Made by a program: the position numbers and the translations under genes. From the NCBI RefSeq assembly GCF_002105155.1, contig NW_019028988.1, positions 434,001-498,000 of the forward strand: a stretch of DNA of 64,000 nt, read 5' to 3'. This document shows positions 1 to 10,731 of this stretch, one piece after another. This DNA comes from Lobosporangium transversale. Lineage: Eukaryota. Position 1 is the stretch's first letter. The number at the start of each line of letters is the position of its first letter. The notes under the pieces were generated by a model, which did not search any database, was not told the DNA's origin, and saw only the letters and a program-made list of their open reading frames with translations.

Positions 1-1475
1 GGTGCCTTGAGATTTGTTGGATCCGATCTTGCAGCCGCTCTTCTGCTGTCTTCTCCCATACCTCTTTCTCACCAGGGCGAGGTGCAGGTGTAAAAAATGT
101 ATTGTATCCATCCGGAAGTGGTAATGGCCCAGTCAATTCGTAAAATCGACGACAACATGCGCAATCGTGTCCATGCATTTGTTTCCTCTTATCTTTTCGC
201 CGCTCAGTGTAGTTATATATCCTTTGTGCAGAGCTGCCACTACCGCTGGAAGCTGCTTGCTTGTGATGCGCGTCCCTGTCTATGTGTGAAGCGTCATCTT
301 CTGGCTCCCCCTCCCGTGGCAGGTCCAGCGGCTGCTCATTTTCCTTATCCGCATCGTCACCCACAGCCTTGGCCTTTTCGGAAGCCACACCATGCATCTC
401 GTCATCAAGGTCAATGGCAATAGTCTCTACTGCCGCTTTGTCCATAGTGGACTGCTCTGGTGTCCGTTGAGCCCTTATCATTGCAGCTAAAGATAGCTGA
501 TGTGTAGCTGATTTATCCTTTTTTGGCGTGATGCCATGCTGTTCTAGTGGCGTTGCTGGAACAAAAACCGTTCGTTTCTCTCTTGAACTGCTATTATGTG
601 GATGGTGAGACATAGGAGTTTTTGCACGAGCACTGCTCTTCACTTTCGGAATGCGAAGGCTCCTTGTATTTGCTAAAACTTCATCCTCAGTATCCGCAGA
701 GATTTCAACTCTATGGCCCTTTTTGGAGAGTTGAGGCGGTGGCTGTTCCTTAATCGTCTGCTCAGTCTTTATCGAAACATTCTGTTGTGGAATTGCTGTA
801 GGTCTAGTAGATATTTTCAAAAAATCGGTATCAAACATTGGAGGCGATGAACGATCGGATTCAATATTGGGTAGCGACATGCTTGTTTTGTCTGTTGAGG
901 CACGTCGTCTTTCATAAGAGTGATTCCCAATTGCCGTAGCTGATGCTTCTTGCTCTCTTATCGGTGATACCCGAGCGGCTGGTGTGACGCTGTTGTATTC
1001 TTTCTGTTCCCCACGAACAACATGGTTTTCGTGATTATAATCTTCACTATCGTCACTATCCTCAAGGTCGGAGTGGCATTGACGTTGACGAAGCGCAAGG
1101 TCGGAGGGGAAAGTCAGCGATAGGGGTTGCTCTTTATACGCAATCGACGTGTCATTATCGTCAGAATGTGTGGCATGCAACGGTGACTTTGATCCTCTTT
1201 GTCCAAGACTAGTACTTTCATGTGTGCTCGAGGTGTCTTCATCATCAAAAATCACATGAGGCTCCTCCATGGAGCCAGGACGATTTGCATGCGTAGATTC
1301 CCTTGAGGATTCGAGCCTTACAGAATATCTTGTGTTGAACTGGTTGAAAATTGTATTTCTTTGCGTTACTTCTTGTCTTTGTTGCGAGGTATCGCTGCCT
1401 TCAGTCACAAAATCGCTTCGCTCAGTATCCTTTGTTTTAGGGTGGGATGGCATCGGCCTTGATAATATTTGCCGA

Positions 1476-1553
<78 letters not shown>

Positions 1554-2883
1554 CTACTGCTCGGAGGTCTGGGGGTATCAAGCGTCATGTATCGAATTGC
1601 CTGTGGGGACATATGCTCCTTCATCCTACGCTGGTACTGTTCCCATAAAACCCTTTCTTTCCATTGTGTCCATTTAGCCTTATAGGCCTCAAGAATCACA
1701 GTTGAACGCTCACAACGCAGCTCCAATAATGTGACTCGATTTTCAGCATAGTCACAGCGAGCCTTCCATGCCTTAAGCTCTTCCTGACATCCACATACGC
1801 AATATGACTTTTTGGAGGAGTTTGAAGACTTGAGTGCGGATTTTAGAGGATTGCTAGACTTCATAGATCCTCCTGCTCCGGCTCCTTCACGACTAGAAGG
1901 GTCCGTGCTTTTGAATGAGTAATTGCCTTTGCTTAATGGAGGTAGACGTGGCTCATGTGAGTTCTTGGAAGGTGCCCTGGGTCATTTTTATCAATATGGA
2001 GAGGGGGAATGGTGAGATGTTATATTGATTTGAAAATGCGACTACATCATACTCAAACGTCAACACATACATATAATCCAAAATCTGCGATATAGACTGA
2101 CTGACGAAGCTGTTCAATATTGACACATTTTCATCGTTTGTCACAGAGGTGATAGATGCGGCCTCTGGTTGTGCTATATTTGTTGTTGACGCTGCTTCCT
2201 GGGCTTGAAGGGTATCAATTTTTTTGTGCGAGTTTGTATCTTTAAATGCTGCCTTCTTCGCAAGCTGCATTTCTAACTCTGCTAGGCGCAGTGTCACAAA
2301 GTTGCGATCCTGCTCATAGGTCTTGGCTGCCGCACACCATTCCAAAGCACTTGAACGATGCTGTCGAATAAGTTCGTGCAGCCTTTTGTTCTCTTCTTCG
2401 AGCTCTATAGGAAGACGTATAGTCATTGATTATATTAGCCCTTTACCCCTATTGGGCTATTCTTATGGAATACTGGTTGATCCTGGTGAAGACATGTTTA
2501 CTCGACTGACCATGATTCTTGTCATTAAGCTCCTTTGCGAAATGAGCAGCCTGTAGGAGGTGGTCCTGAAGACGTGGTGCTAGTAAGTTCGGCGCATGGT
2601 CAAACAGAGAGTCTGAACGACTTGATCCAGCAATTCTGGAATTCATCAAAGGAACTACAACGCTTGGCGTCGATGTTTTAGGAACCACTTTCAAAATGGA
2701 CACATTGCCATCATCAGAGTGTTGATTTTGTTGGAGGCATTGCCGTTGCTGTTGTTCCTGTCCATTTTTTTCCTGCAGCATGGTGTTAGCATTATGGGGC
2801 GTTACAGCTGAGTGACGAGCTAATGAGTGAGCAACGCGTAGGGCTGAATCCGAACCTGCGGGAGTCGAGTCGCAGGGGAGCAT
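1..2883 (-). CDS. SAE2: CtIP/Ctp1/Sae2-family DNA end-resection protein (3' end beyond left edge; introns ~2510-2405 and ~2070-1978)
   Basis: Joining ORFs 2449-2883 and 1953-2426 via GT-AG introns opens a long minus-strand frame to base 1. It ends YNYTERRKDKRKQMHGHDCACCRRFYELTGP...RIQQISRH, which matches the CxxC and SRHR signature of the SAE2/CtIP C-terminal domain. N-terminal coiled coil and low-complexity middle are also present. Confidence 0.85.
1478..1552 (-). repeat. (CAACAG)n repeat encoding a 25-residue polyglutamine tract in the CtIP-like gene
   Basis: 75 nt of TTG/CTG triplets on +, in frame as CAA/CAG on - within the long exon. Confidence 0.92.
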
Positions 2884-3041
2884 CGATGTTTCAGATGGGA
2901 AAAAAAAAATTCAAACGTGGAGGATAAAGAAAATTCACAAAAAGAGAAGGCTTCATTTTAGTTAATGTTTGGTGGCAAATCTTCATGCCTAAAGTTTACT
3001 CCATAATGATGCCTAATATCAAAGAGCACACAAAGCTCTCC

Positions 3042-3119
3042 AGCTTAATACTGTAGTATGTCCTGAGGGTCCTTGTTGTCAAAAAAAAAAAAAAAAAAAA
3101 AAGCTTAATACTGTAGTAT
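3042..3119 (+). mobile_element. 5'-truncated non-LTR retro-insertion footprint (18-bp TSD, 21-nt body, poly-A)
   Basis: AGCTTAATACTGTAGTAT occurs at 3042-3059 and 3102-3119, flanking GTCCTGAGGGTCCTTGTTGTC followed by ~21 A. Confidence 0.75.
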
Positions 3120-3123
3120 ATAT

Positions 3124-3313
3124 TATAGCCCGTTTCATTTGGTCGCGATACCTTATATTTTTTGAATACTTTCGAGTGTATTGGCAGCCAATTAGCTCGC
3201 TTGTTACGAGTATTGTTGCAAGTCCGTCACGTAGTGAGATGCCACCAGAACAATTCAATCATCGTTTTTAGATTAAAAATATAAGGTATCGTGACCAAAT
3301 AAAATTGGCGATA
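3124..3313. mobile_element. MITE-like element with ~40-bp imperfect terminal inverted repeats
   Basis: Left TATAGCCCGTTTCATTTGGTCGCGATACCTTATATTTTT versus reverse complement of right end TATCGCCAATTTTATTTGGTCACGATACCTTATATTTTT. TA at both outer ends; no ORF inside. Confidence 0.7.
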
Positions 3314-3363
3314 TGTCCTCCTGACTCAGCCAAGAACTCTTGTTGGGACAAATGGCTCTATAC

Positions 3364-3474
3364 CAGAGGGACAAACTTGCTCTTTTTGGTTAGTCCTTTT
3401 CAATTATAAGAATTTTGTTAAGCCGTTTATATTTGAAAGGTATAACCAAAAAGAGCGACAAGCTTCACCCTCTG
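3364..3474. repeat. Second imperfect inverted repeat / foldback (MITE-like)
   Basis: CAGAGGGACAAACTTGCTCTTTTTGGTTAGTCCTTTTCAATTATAA pairs with TTATATTTGAAAGGTATAACCAAAAAGAGCGACAAGCTTCACCCTCTG across a ~17-nt spacer. Confidence 0.65.
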
Positions 3475-3759
3475 CTCTATTGCGTCCTCCGTATATATAT
3501 ACTATACGTACAGCAACGAATATATACATCTGTATTATATAATATAACCACGGTGTTACTCCATTGACATGCTAGCAGCGATGGATAAAACGAGCTCAAT
3601 ACTTAACGACATCAATTAAATGTTTAAATGTATTTTGGTCATCAATATATACAATTAAATAGAGAGGGTAGTGCGATAGTTCGGAGCCTTACTTGCCTAT
3701 CTACAATATTCAATAAGCTAAATGTTACTTAATTATTATCATTATCGTCTTTTTTTCCC

Positions 3760-4265
3760 TTAGGCATCACCGTCGTCAACTGACTTGAGCGCTGCTGCCA
3801 CGGCAGCATCCTGCTTGACCTCTCTCAGGTACCGCTGGAATATCCAACCAATAAGACACATCAACACGAACTGAATAGCCAATACCACTGCAGAGATGAT
3901 TACAACCATTCGATAGCACTTGTTGACCAGCTCATCATCTGGATCTGTGACCTTCCCCAATCCATTGTCGGATGATCTAAGGTTGTCGCGACAAGCGTTC
4001 TCAATCGACTCTCTGTCATTTCTGGTTACCAAAATAAGGTTCCCAATCGACAGTCCCAGGACAACCAGAGTAAGGCACCACCATAGGATAGAGAATACTC
4101 TAGTGATGATAACAGATTTGGTAGCCGCAGAAAGGAGCCCAAGAAGCGCGATCAATAGCTGAATACCAGCTGAGGCAAAGATAATAATTCTGGCAATTTT
4201 ATCACCTAAAAAGATTAGTATTTTTTATTATTTTAAAAGCAGGTTAGTCCTAGGAAATCCTCAGC

Positions 4266-4328
<63 letters not shown>

Positions 4329-4499
4329 GAAGATTGGATTCAGAATGCCTCTCTTTGTTTTTTTACCATTATCATTCGCAACATATTTCTGATAAGTTGT
4401 GGCAGCAATGACAGCTATATACAGCAAAGAAATCACAGCGACGGCCGGTCGCAGTCGAATGCAGCAACAGCAAAGGTCCCTGTCCTTGTTTGATGCCAT
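3760..4499 (-). CDS. Four-transmembrane (tetraspanin/LAPTM-like) membrane protein; intron 4366-4206
   Basis: Spliced product MASNKDRDLCCCCIRLRPAVAVISLLY...NDN|GDKIARIIIF... has four hydrophobic helices, an N-terminal Cys cluster and two Cys in the loop between TM3 and TM4. Confidence 0.7.
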
Positions 4500-5128
4500 G
4501 ATTGAACTTTTTTTTTTTTTTTTTTTTTTTTCGTATCTTCTGATTGTTTAATGCTGAGTTGTGATTGTTTTCAAGCTAAATCGAGATCCTATGCTTTATT
4601 ATTGGCAAGGGAATGATGGGCAAAGCAGAAGTGAAAACGATGAGAGATGCACTTGGGGAGATGAGGTAAGATAAAAAAAAGAGGGACATATGATGGTTGC
4701 TTTTTTATGATCCGCATGGTCAATACTCCTATCTGGTTTGAAAGTGGCGTGAGCACCACAATTTGTTGAAGGGATCACTGATCGTGCCACGCTCGAAAAA
4801 AGAAGCATGGGCAGATGACAAAGGGAGTAGGGAATCCAGACAAAAGCGAAGGGGTGTTGCCGCGTATCGTTGAAAAGTCATATGCCCACGCGCTCCTTTT
4901 TTTAAACAAACATGCAGAAAAATAGGGGATCACATTTTAAACTTTAAATGCACAGGGCACAGGACATCTCGCGTCCAGATTGCTTTATTTGTTCGTTTGT
5001 ATATTTGAAGGAACAACTGGTTGTCACTTTCTTTAAAGACTATAATGAAATACACAATATTGAACTACTCTATTATAATGATTACGAATAATCTACAAAA
5101 ACTTCATTAGAATAAGCTGTCTGTTCAG

Positions 5129-5566
5129 CTACATCATGTCGTACTGTTGTCTTCCTTGTGGGCATTTGTTTGCGTAATGTCCTTTTTGTTGACACTGAAG
5201 GAAGAATACATAAAAGAGAGGAAGGGGTCAGAATAATCTCCTAAAATGCAAAGGTATCAACAACAACAACAAAAACAAACCTTGAAGCAAGTAACGTCCT
5301 CGACATTTCGATATGTAGGGGTCTCTCCATCCGGTCGTGATGACTAATAAAAAAGAGAAGTGTAGAGATGTTTAGAAAAAAATAATAAATATAACCTGCA
5401 TTTTTTTTTTTCGAGCTTTTTAGCTCTGTATCTCACCTCTCCATGTGTTCGGTCCTGCATTGGTCTTGAGCCTTGGCCATCATCCCAATTTGGTGGCGGA
5501 AGTTCGTACTTCGGACTTTTTTAAAAAAAAAGTAGGCAACGAGTAAGTACAATGAATTTCTACAAT

Positions 5567-5598
<32 letters not shown>

Positions 5599-6584
5599 CA
5601 TTTGACTTACTGTCCATTGGGGCAATTAGGTCCTTGTGGACACCATCCTGTGACGTAGTTTTGACAAATAACTTTCCGCGTATGCTTGTGCCTACAGTTA
5701 GGTCCGTGCTTACAAAATCCTCGTGCATACCATGGACAATCCTTGATCTTGCTCTCAGGATCAATGTGAAGATACTATCAAGTTCGAATCGAGCAAATAA
5801 TATTCAGAAAATATGACAATTAACAGTCGCCTTTACTTTATGATATTATATTAATTCTTTTTTTTTTTTTTTTTTTTTTTCACACTTACAATACATTCCG
5901 CGCCATTGTTACATTCTCCATACTTGCTATAAAACCAACATTCAGGCATTTTGCGCAGGTTATATTCGTGCAAGAACTCACAATTGTCTCCCTTTTTACA
6001 CAATGCTCGAAGCCAATGTTTACAAACGACTGCTTTAGAAGGGTCTGTCCTGACATGACGGAATTGACAGTTGTTTCCTTTTGAACAATGTCCTTTCAAA
6101 AAGAATCTACAAATATTATCCCCCGTTTCTATATTTTTTTTTTGAAAAAAAATCCATATTATATCGTGAGTAATTTCAAATAGCATTGATGTTAGTGAGT
6201 GATCAATGCTTGTGGACTTTATTATTATTTTTAACTTCATCGAGACATTCATGTCATTAATATAGAATCATATAGAGATGCTGTACTAGCAACTATCAAA
6301 GCTTGTTGCAGAGACAAATTCAAACAGAATATAGCAGAAAAAAGTATATTATAGATTTTTTTTTTTCTTCTGCGATTGTAGCGAGGGAAATATGGTCATC
6401 CGCCTTTTTTATTCGAAACAAAAAAAAAACAAAAAAACTTATATGAATATGATGTATTACCTCCATTCTTCTTTGCCAAATTAGTGATATCCAATCCAAC
6501 TTCTGTTTTGACAAAGTCTTCGAATTCGAACGAATACTCCTGAAAGTCGATCTCTGAAGGAAGAATCGAGTATGCAGCCGTCAT
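5129..6584 (-). CDS. YTH1: Cleavage and polyadenylation factor subunit YTH1/CPSF30 (multi-exon)
   Basis: CCCH fingers CRFFLKGHCSKGNNCQFRH, VCKHWLRALCKKGDNCEFLHEYNLRKMPECWFYSKYGEC and a C-terminal zinc knuckle VTCFK|CQQKGHYANKCP; canonical GT-AG introns. Confidence 0.93.
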
Positions 6585-6872
6585 GATGCTAATGTCTCCA
6601 ATTGTAGATTCTGTCGACGTTATTAGAGCTTGCGGTTTATCTGCAATAGGCTTCTTATAAGCAAAGCCGGCGATGAAAGGATGATTAATAAAGAAAGAGA
6701 TGAGTAAAAGTGAATGCAATGAAATTTAATGAAATGCAATGCATAAAGTTTAAATACTTTGGCTCCTTCCAATTGCTGACTAAGCCACGTAGAATATAAA
6801 TGGCAAGTCACTTGGATCTGAATCATAGATATTTCATCTTTTTAGTTTATAGTTCTTTACTTTATACATGCC

Positions 6873-8975
6873 ATGCGGGAGCCTTTCCGTATCCTTACCG
6901 GTGTTCATAAGCTATCATGGGCTTCTCGTGCGAAACCAGTTCTTTCAGGGATAAAATGCTATACCTCTTTCTCTACCAACACCCTATGGTCTCGACATTC
7001 CCAGTCCCAGTCCCAGTCCCCATGTCGGAATGAGCATGTTCTCGGAAGCATAATGAGACAAAGGAATAATGGCTTATCCATGTCGCTCGCACAGTATAGA
7101 GCATTTTCAAGCTTAGGCATATGTCGCAAGGAGCATGGAGATCATGTGAGCACTAACGAAATCTTGGATCGAACACAAAAAGTCAGTAACGGACTACAAG
7201 GAGGAGGTGGAGGAGGAAAAAAGAGTAAACCATTCAGGTTTACAAGCGATCTACCGACTCGGATCAAGATGCTCCTCGACACACCAGGTAACCCAATTTT
7301 CTACATCTGTTAAAGCCCCTTTTATGGTATCTAATCCTGATTCGTTGTATCCATTTTTCTGTTCTCCATGGAAGGCGTGTTCCCCAAAGATCTTGCACCT
7401 ACAACCGATAAGGAGCCGAGTAGGGAGATCCGGCAGTCTTTTGGAACTACATATGGGTGAGATACATAAAAAAACGTTACCGATAGCATAAATATATGAT
7501 CAATTGGCACATTCTCTATGGTCTTGATAAAAAAGTCAAGTTTTGCTAGAACTCAAAAAAAATCCCTCCAGTGGTAATTATAAATTAGAATGGGAGGATG
7601 CACCAAGAACAGTGCTTATCATCAAGAAACCCTATGATGAACTAACAGACAATGCATTAGTTGATGTTGCAACGTAAGGCTTTCATATCGCTCTCAGCGT
7701 TAAGATAACTCTTTTTTTTTGAAATATTACTAAACAAATAGCTGATAAAATTACTATGCTCTGCGATTTATAAAAAAAAGGTGGATTCACACCACTTATC
7801 CACATATGAATGTTGTGGTAGAGCCAGATGTTGCACAGGAGTTTGCCGAACGATTGCCTTTTTTGTATACCATCCCAGGTAAATAAGAACTTGTTATTAA
7901 TAGTAGCAAAAAGGATTGTAGACGAGGAGGCAAGCGCCTGTGCAATCATGTTTCCTTCGTAGAGCCGCTTTGTAATAATCGCGTATTAATTATTATTGTT
8001 TTTATACTGATCTTAGATCACAAACGTGATGAGTACACGCGCGTCATCGATCTGGTGGTAACTTTGGGAGGCGACGGCACCATCCTCCATACTTCATCCT
8101 TGTTCAATTCTGCAGTTCCTCCTGTCATCTCGTTTTCCATGGGCACGCTTGGCTTCCTTTTACCATATCGTAAGGAACTTGTAAAGACGCTTTCTAATGT
8201 TAATCATGGAAATCTGTACTGGGGAATGGCTATAGGGCGTTCTAAGAAACAAGCAAAAACAAAAAATTCCCTCATACTATTCACGGATGCTTCCCTTCCT
8301 TTACCCGTCCTTGTCATGTAAATACACATTCTAGATATCAACAATTATCAAAATGCACTCTCAAAATTGATCGATACTCGACAAGCATCCTTGTTGCTTC
8401 GCATGCGTCTCAAGTGTACGCTTCATGGAGCGGATGGACGGCGATTGCAGGCAAAGGACGGCTCAGGCCAGATCAACGACTTGACAGTGATGAACGAGGT
8501 CAATCTTCATCGTGGACGATATCCACATCTTACTTGGATTGGATGCTATGTTGATGGCCATCTTATTACAGAAGCTGTTGCTGATGGGTTGATTGTAGCA
8601 TCCCCTACAGGTTCTACAGCTTATTCCCTTTCTGCTGGAGGCTCCATTGTCCATCCATCCATCCAAACTTTACTTATGACGCCCATTTGTCCAAGATCCC
8701 TCTCTTTTCGGCCTGTTCTATTGCCACCAAATGCAACAATCCAGCTTAAAATCGGAGAAAAATCCAGAGGCCCTGCAGAGGTATCACTTGATGGAAAGGA
8801 GACGTTCTTTCTAGATAAGAACGAATTCCTTCAGGTTTGCATGTCAGCGTTCCCGATGCCTTGTGTTAATAGAGTTCATGCAGGAGAAGATTGGATCAAG
8901 GATATTAACGATCTATTGAAGTGGAATCAGGGCTTCCTTAATAAGCAAAGCATGAGCCATTATATGTCTGAGTAA
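6873..8975 (+). CDS. POS5: NAD(H) kinase, POS5-like, probably mitochondrial (multi-exon)
   Basis: VTLGGDGTIL, NEV and ADGLIVASPTGSTAYSLSAGGSI motifs; Arg/Ser-rich, acid-poor N-terminus resembling a mitochondrial presequence. Confidence 0.88.
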
Positions 8976-9094
8976 CACGGAAACAATAATAAAAAAAGGA
9001 CATTCCGTTCCTGCATATTGTAAATTTGTTCTGACATTTTTTGTTTAACTTTTTTTTAATTCCAATAACAAAAAAAAAAGAAAAAAAGTTGAGC

Positions 9095-9433
9095 TCATGA
9101 GGAAGACGCCGCTACTGTTGTTGTCGCATAAATCTCATCGTCCTCAGGCTCAAAAAACCCTGGTACCCAATATTCGTATGGCTCTGCTTGTTGGTCAATC
9201 CACATCAAACCATCCTCCAGTAGTGTATCCTATCGATTCAGGATGATAACAAATGATGGCAACAGAAAAGATTCAGAGCACATCCACAGAGACGACACGA
9301 ATAATTCCAAGTTATTCTGTACTAACTTACCAAAGCAGTTTCAATACGTCCACTCTCCCACCCAAGTCGCTCACTGACCATGTTGGCATTGATATGACCA
9401 CTCGTATTCTATTTTCCAGCAGTTTATAAAGGA

Positions 9434-9464
<31 letters not shown>

Positions 9465-10463
9465 AAATTTAGTCGTATTATAGGATTGTTTTCATTTACA
9501 TTCAAAAGCCCAGAAGACACGCAAGGTATTTTTTTTTATTTGTACCTGCACAAGTGCCAAGATCAAAGATTGGTCTCGATTCAACTCTCTTGGCACGGAG
9601 CTGACCATTTTCTTGTCTCCAAGTTGTAAGACCTGAAACCCGCTTCCCAATGGAGCGAGTGTCTTGATCGCTCGTAGGACATCATCCTCTGTGATTTCCA
9701 TACTGGTATCTTTGTTGTTATTGCTTAAAGTGATGGCTGCCCATTTACTACTACTGCTACTGCTATTGCTATCCTGTGGGGCATTGTTTCTACTACCTCC
9801 TGTTGTCGTAGTCTTGGAATTACTATTTTGTATTCCACGCATCCGCTCAACTCGTCGCTTGATTTCTGAAAGCTCCATTAAGCCGCCATTCAACGCTCGT
9901 GTCGATAGGCAGACATCAATAATCTGGATCCCAAGCTCATAGTAAAAATCACCCACACCCAGTAGCTCTCCCCAGTATCCTTTGCTCGCTATTTTTACAC
10001 AAATATATCCATAAGAAAAAAAATCAGTCGTCATGGCAATCGTGACATGTTGTATACATTACATGCAAACTATGCCATCAATTTCATCAGCGGCAGAGCT
10101 CCTTTCTTACAGGCCAAAGGATCGACACCAATGTTGGCACACATTTTTTGAAAGTGCATTCGAAACACTGGATCCTTCTGAATATCCTTGCGATGTTCTC
10201 GTGCAAAAACCTCCAAATTGGCACGGAAGGTATCGAGCTGGCTTTGGAGTTGTTGTAACTGACTGTCATACAAGCTCTGTCCCACTCTTTGGTATGATTC
10301 CTGTCAAGACATATAATAAAAAAAAAAAAATCAGACTTCCACATGCATTGACCAAAGAGAAGAGTTCGCTTGAGCTACTGGAGTAAATGAGTTGCCGCAC
10401 ATTCGTGGCTTTCAGGCGTTCATTATACGCCCTTCCACCGATTTGCATTCGTCTTCTGTTCAT
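9095..10463 (-). CDS. SNF8: ESCRT-II subunit SNF8/VPS22/EAP30 (multi-exon)
   Basis: FRMHFQKMCANIGVDPLA, WGELLGVGDFYYELGIQIIDVC, VSSVPRELNRDQ; last exon DTLLEDGLMWIDQQ...YWVPG. Confidence 0.93.
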
Positions 10464-10731
10464 GTTGGTGCTTCTGATGTTTTATCCAATTCAAGATGTT
10501 TCAAATAGTCATAAAAGAGGCTCAAGAGATAAGTTGTGACCGCAATGTAAACTTTATTCAGGGAGAAGGTGAGACGTGCATCACTCCATGATTTGAGTAG
10601 TACATGCAAAGCTAATATGGTAGACAAGAGCGATTTGACACGCTCCTGGATTCTGCATAAACGGTAGGGCTTGAGCGAGTACTGTGAGCGCCATGAAAGA
10701 ATAGAACGATGTCTAACGTTGCTGGAACTTT

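Noticed and set aside
1269..1685. Plus-strand poly-Cys and poly-(Val-Ala) ORFs
   Set aside because: They are antisense shadows of the CAACAG polyQ repeat in the minus-strand CtIP-like exon.
5781..5795. GTTCGAATC T-loop-like motifs (also ~12060 and ~22892) as tRNA genes
   Set aside because: No cloverleaf or acceptor stem can be built around them.
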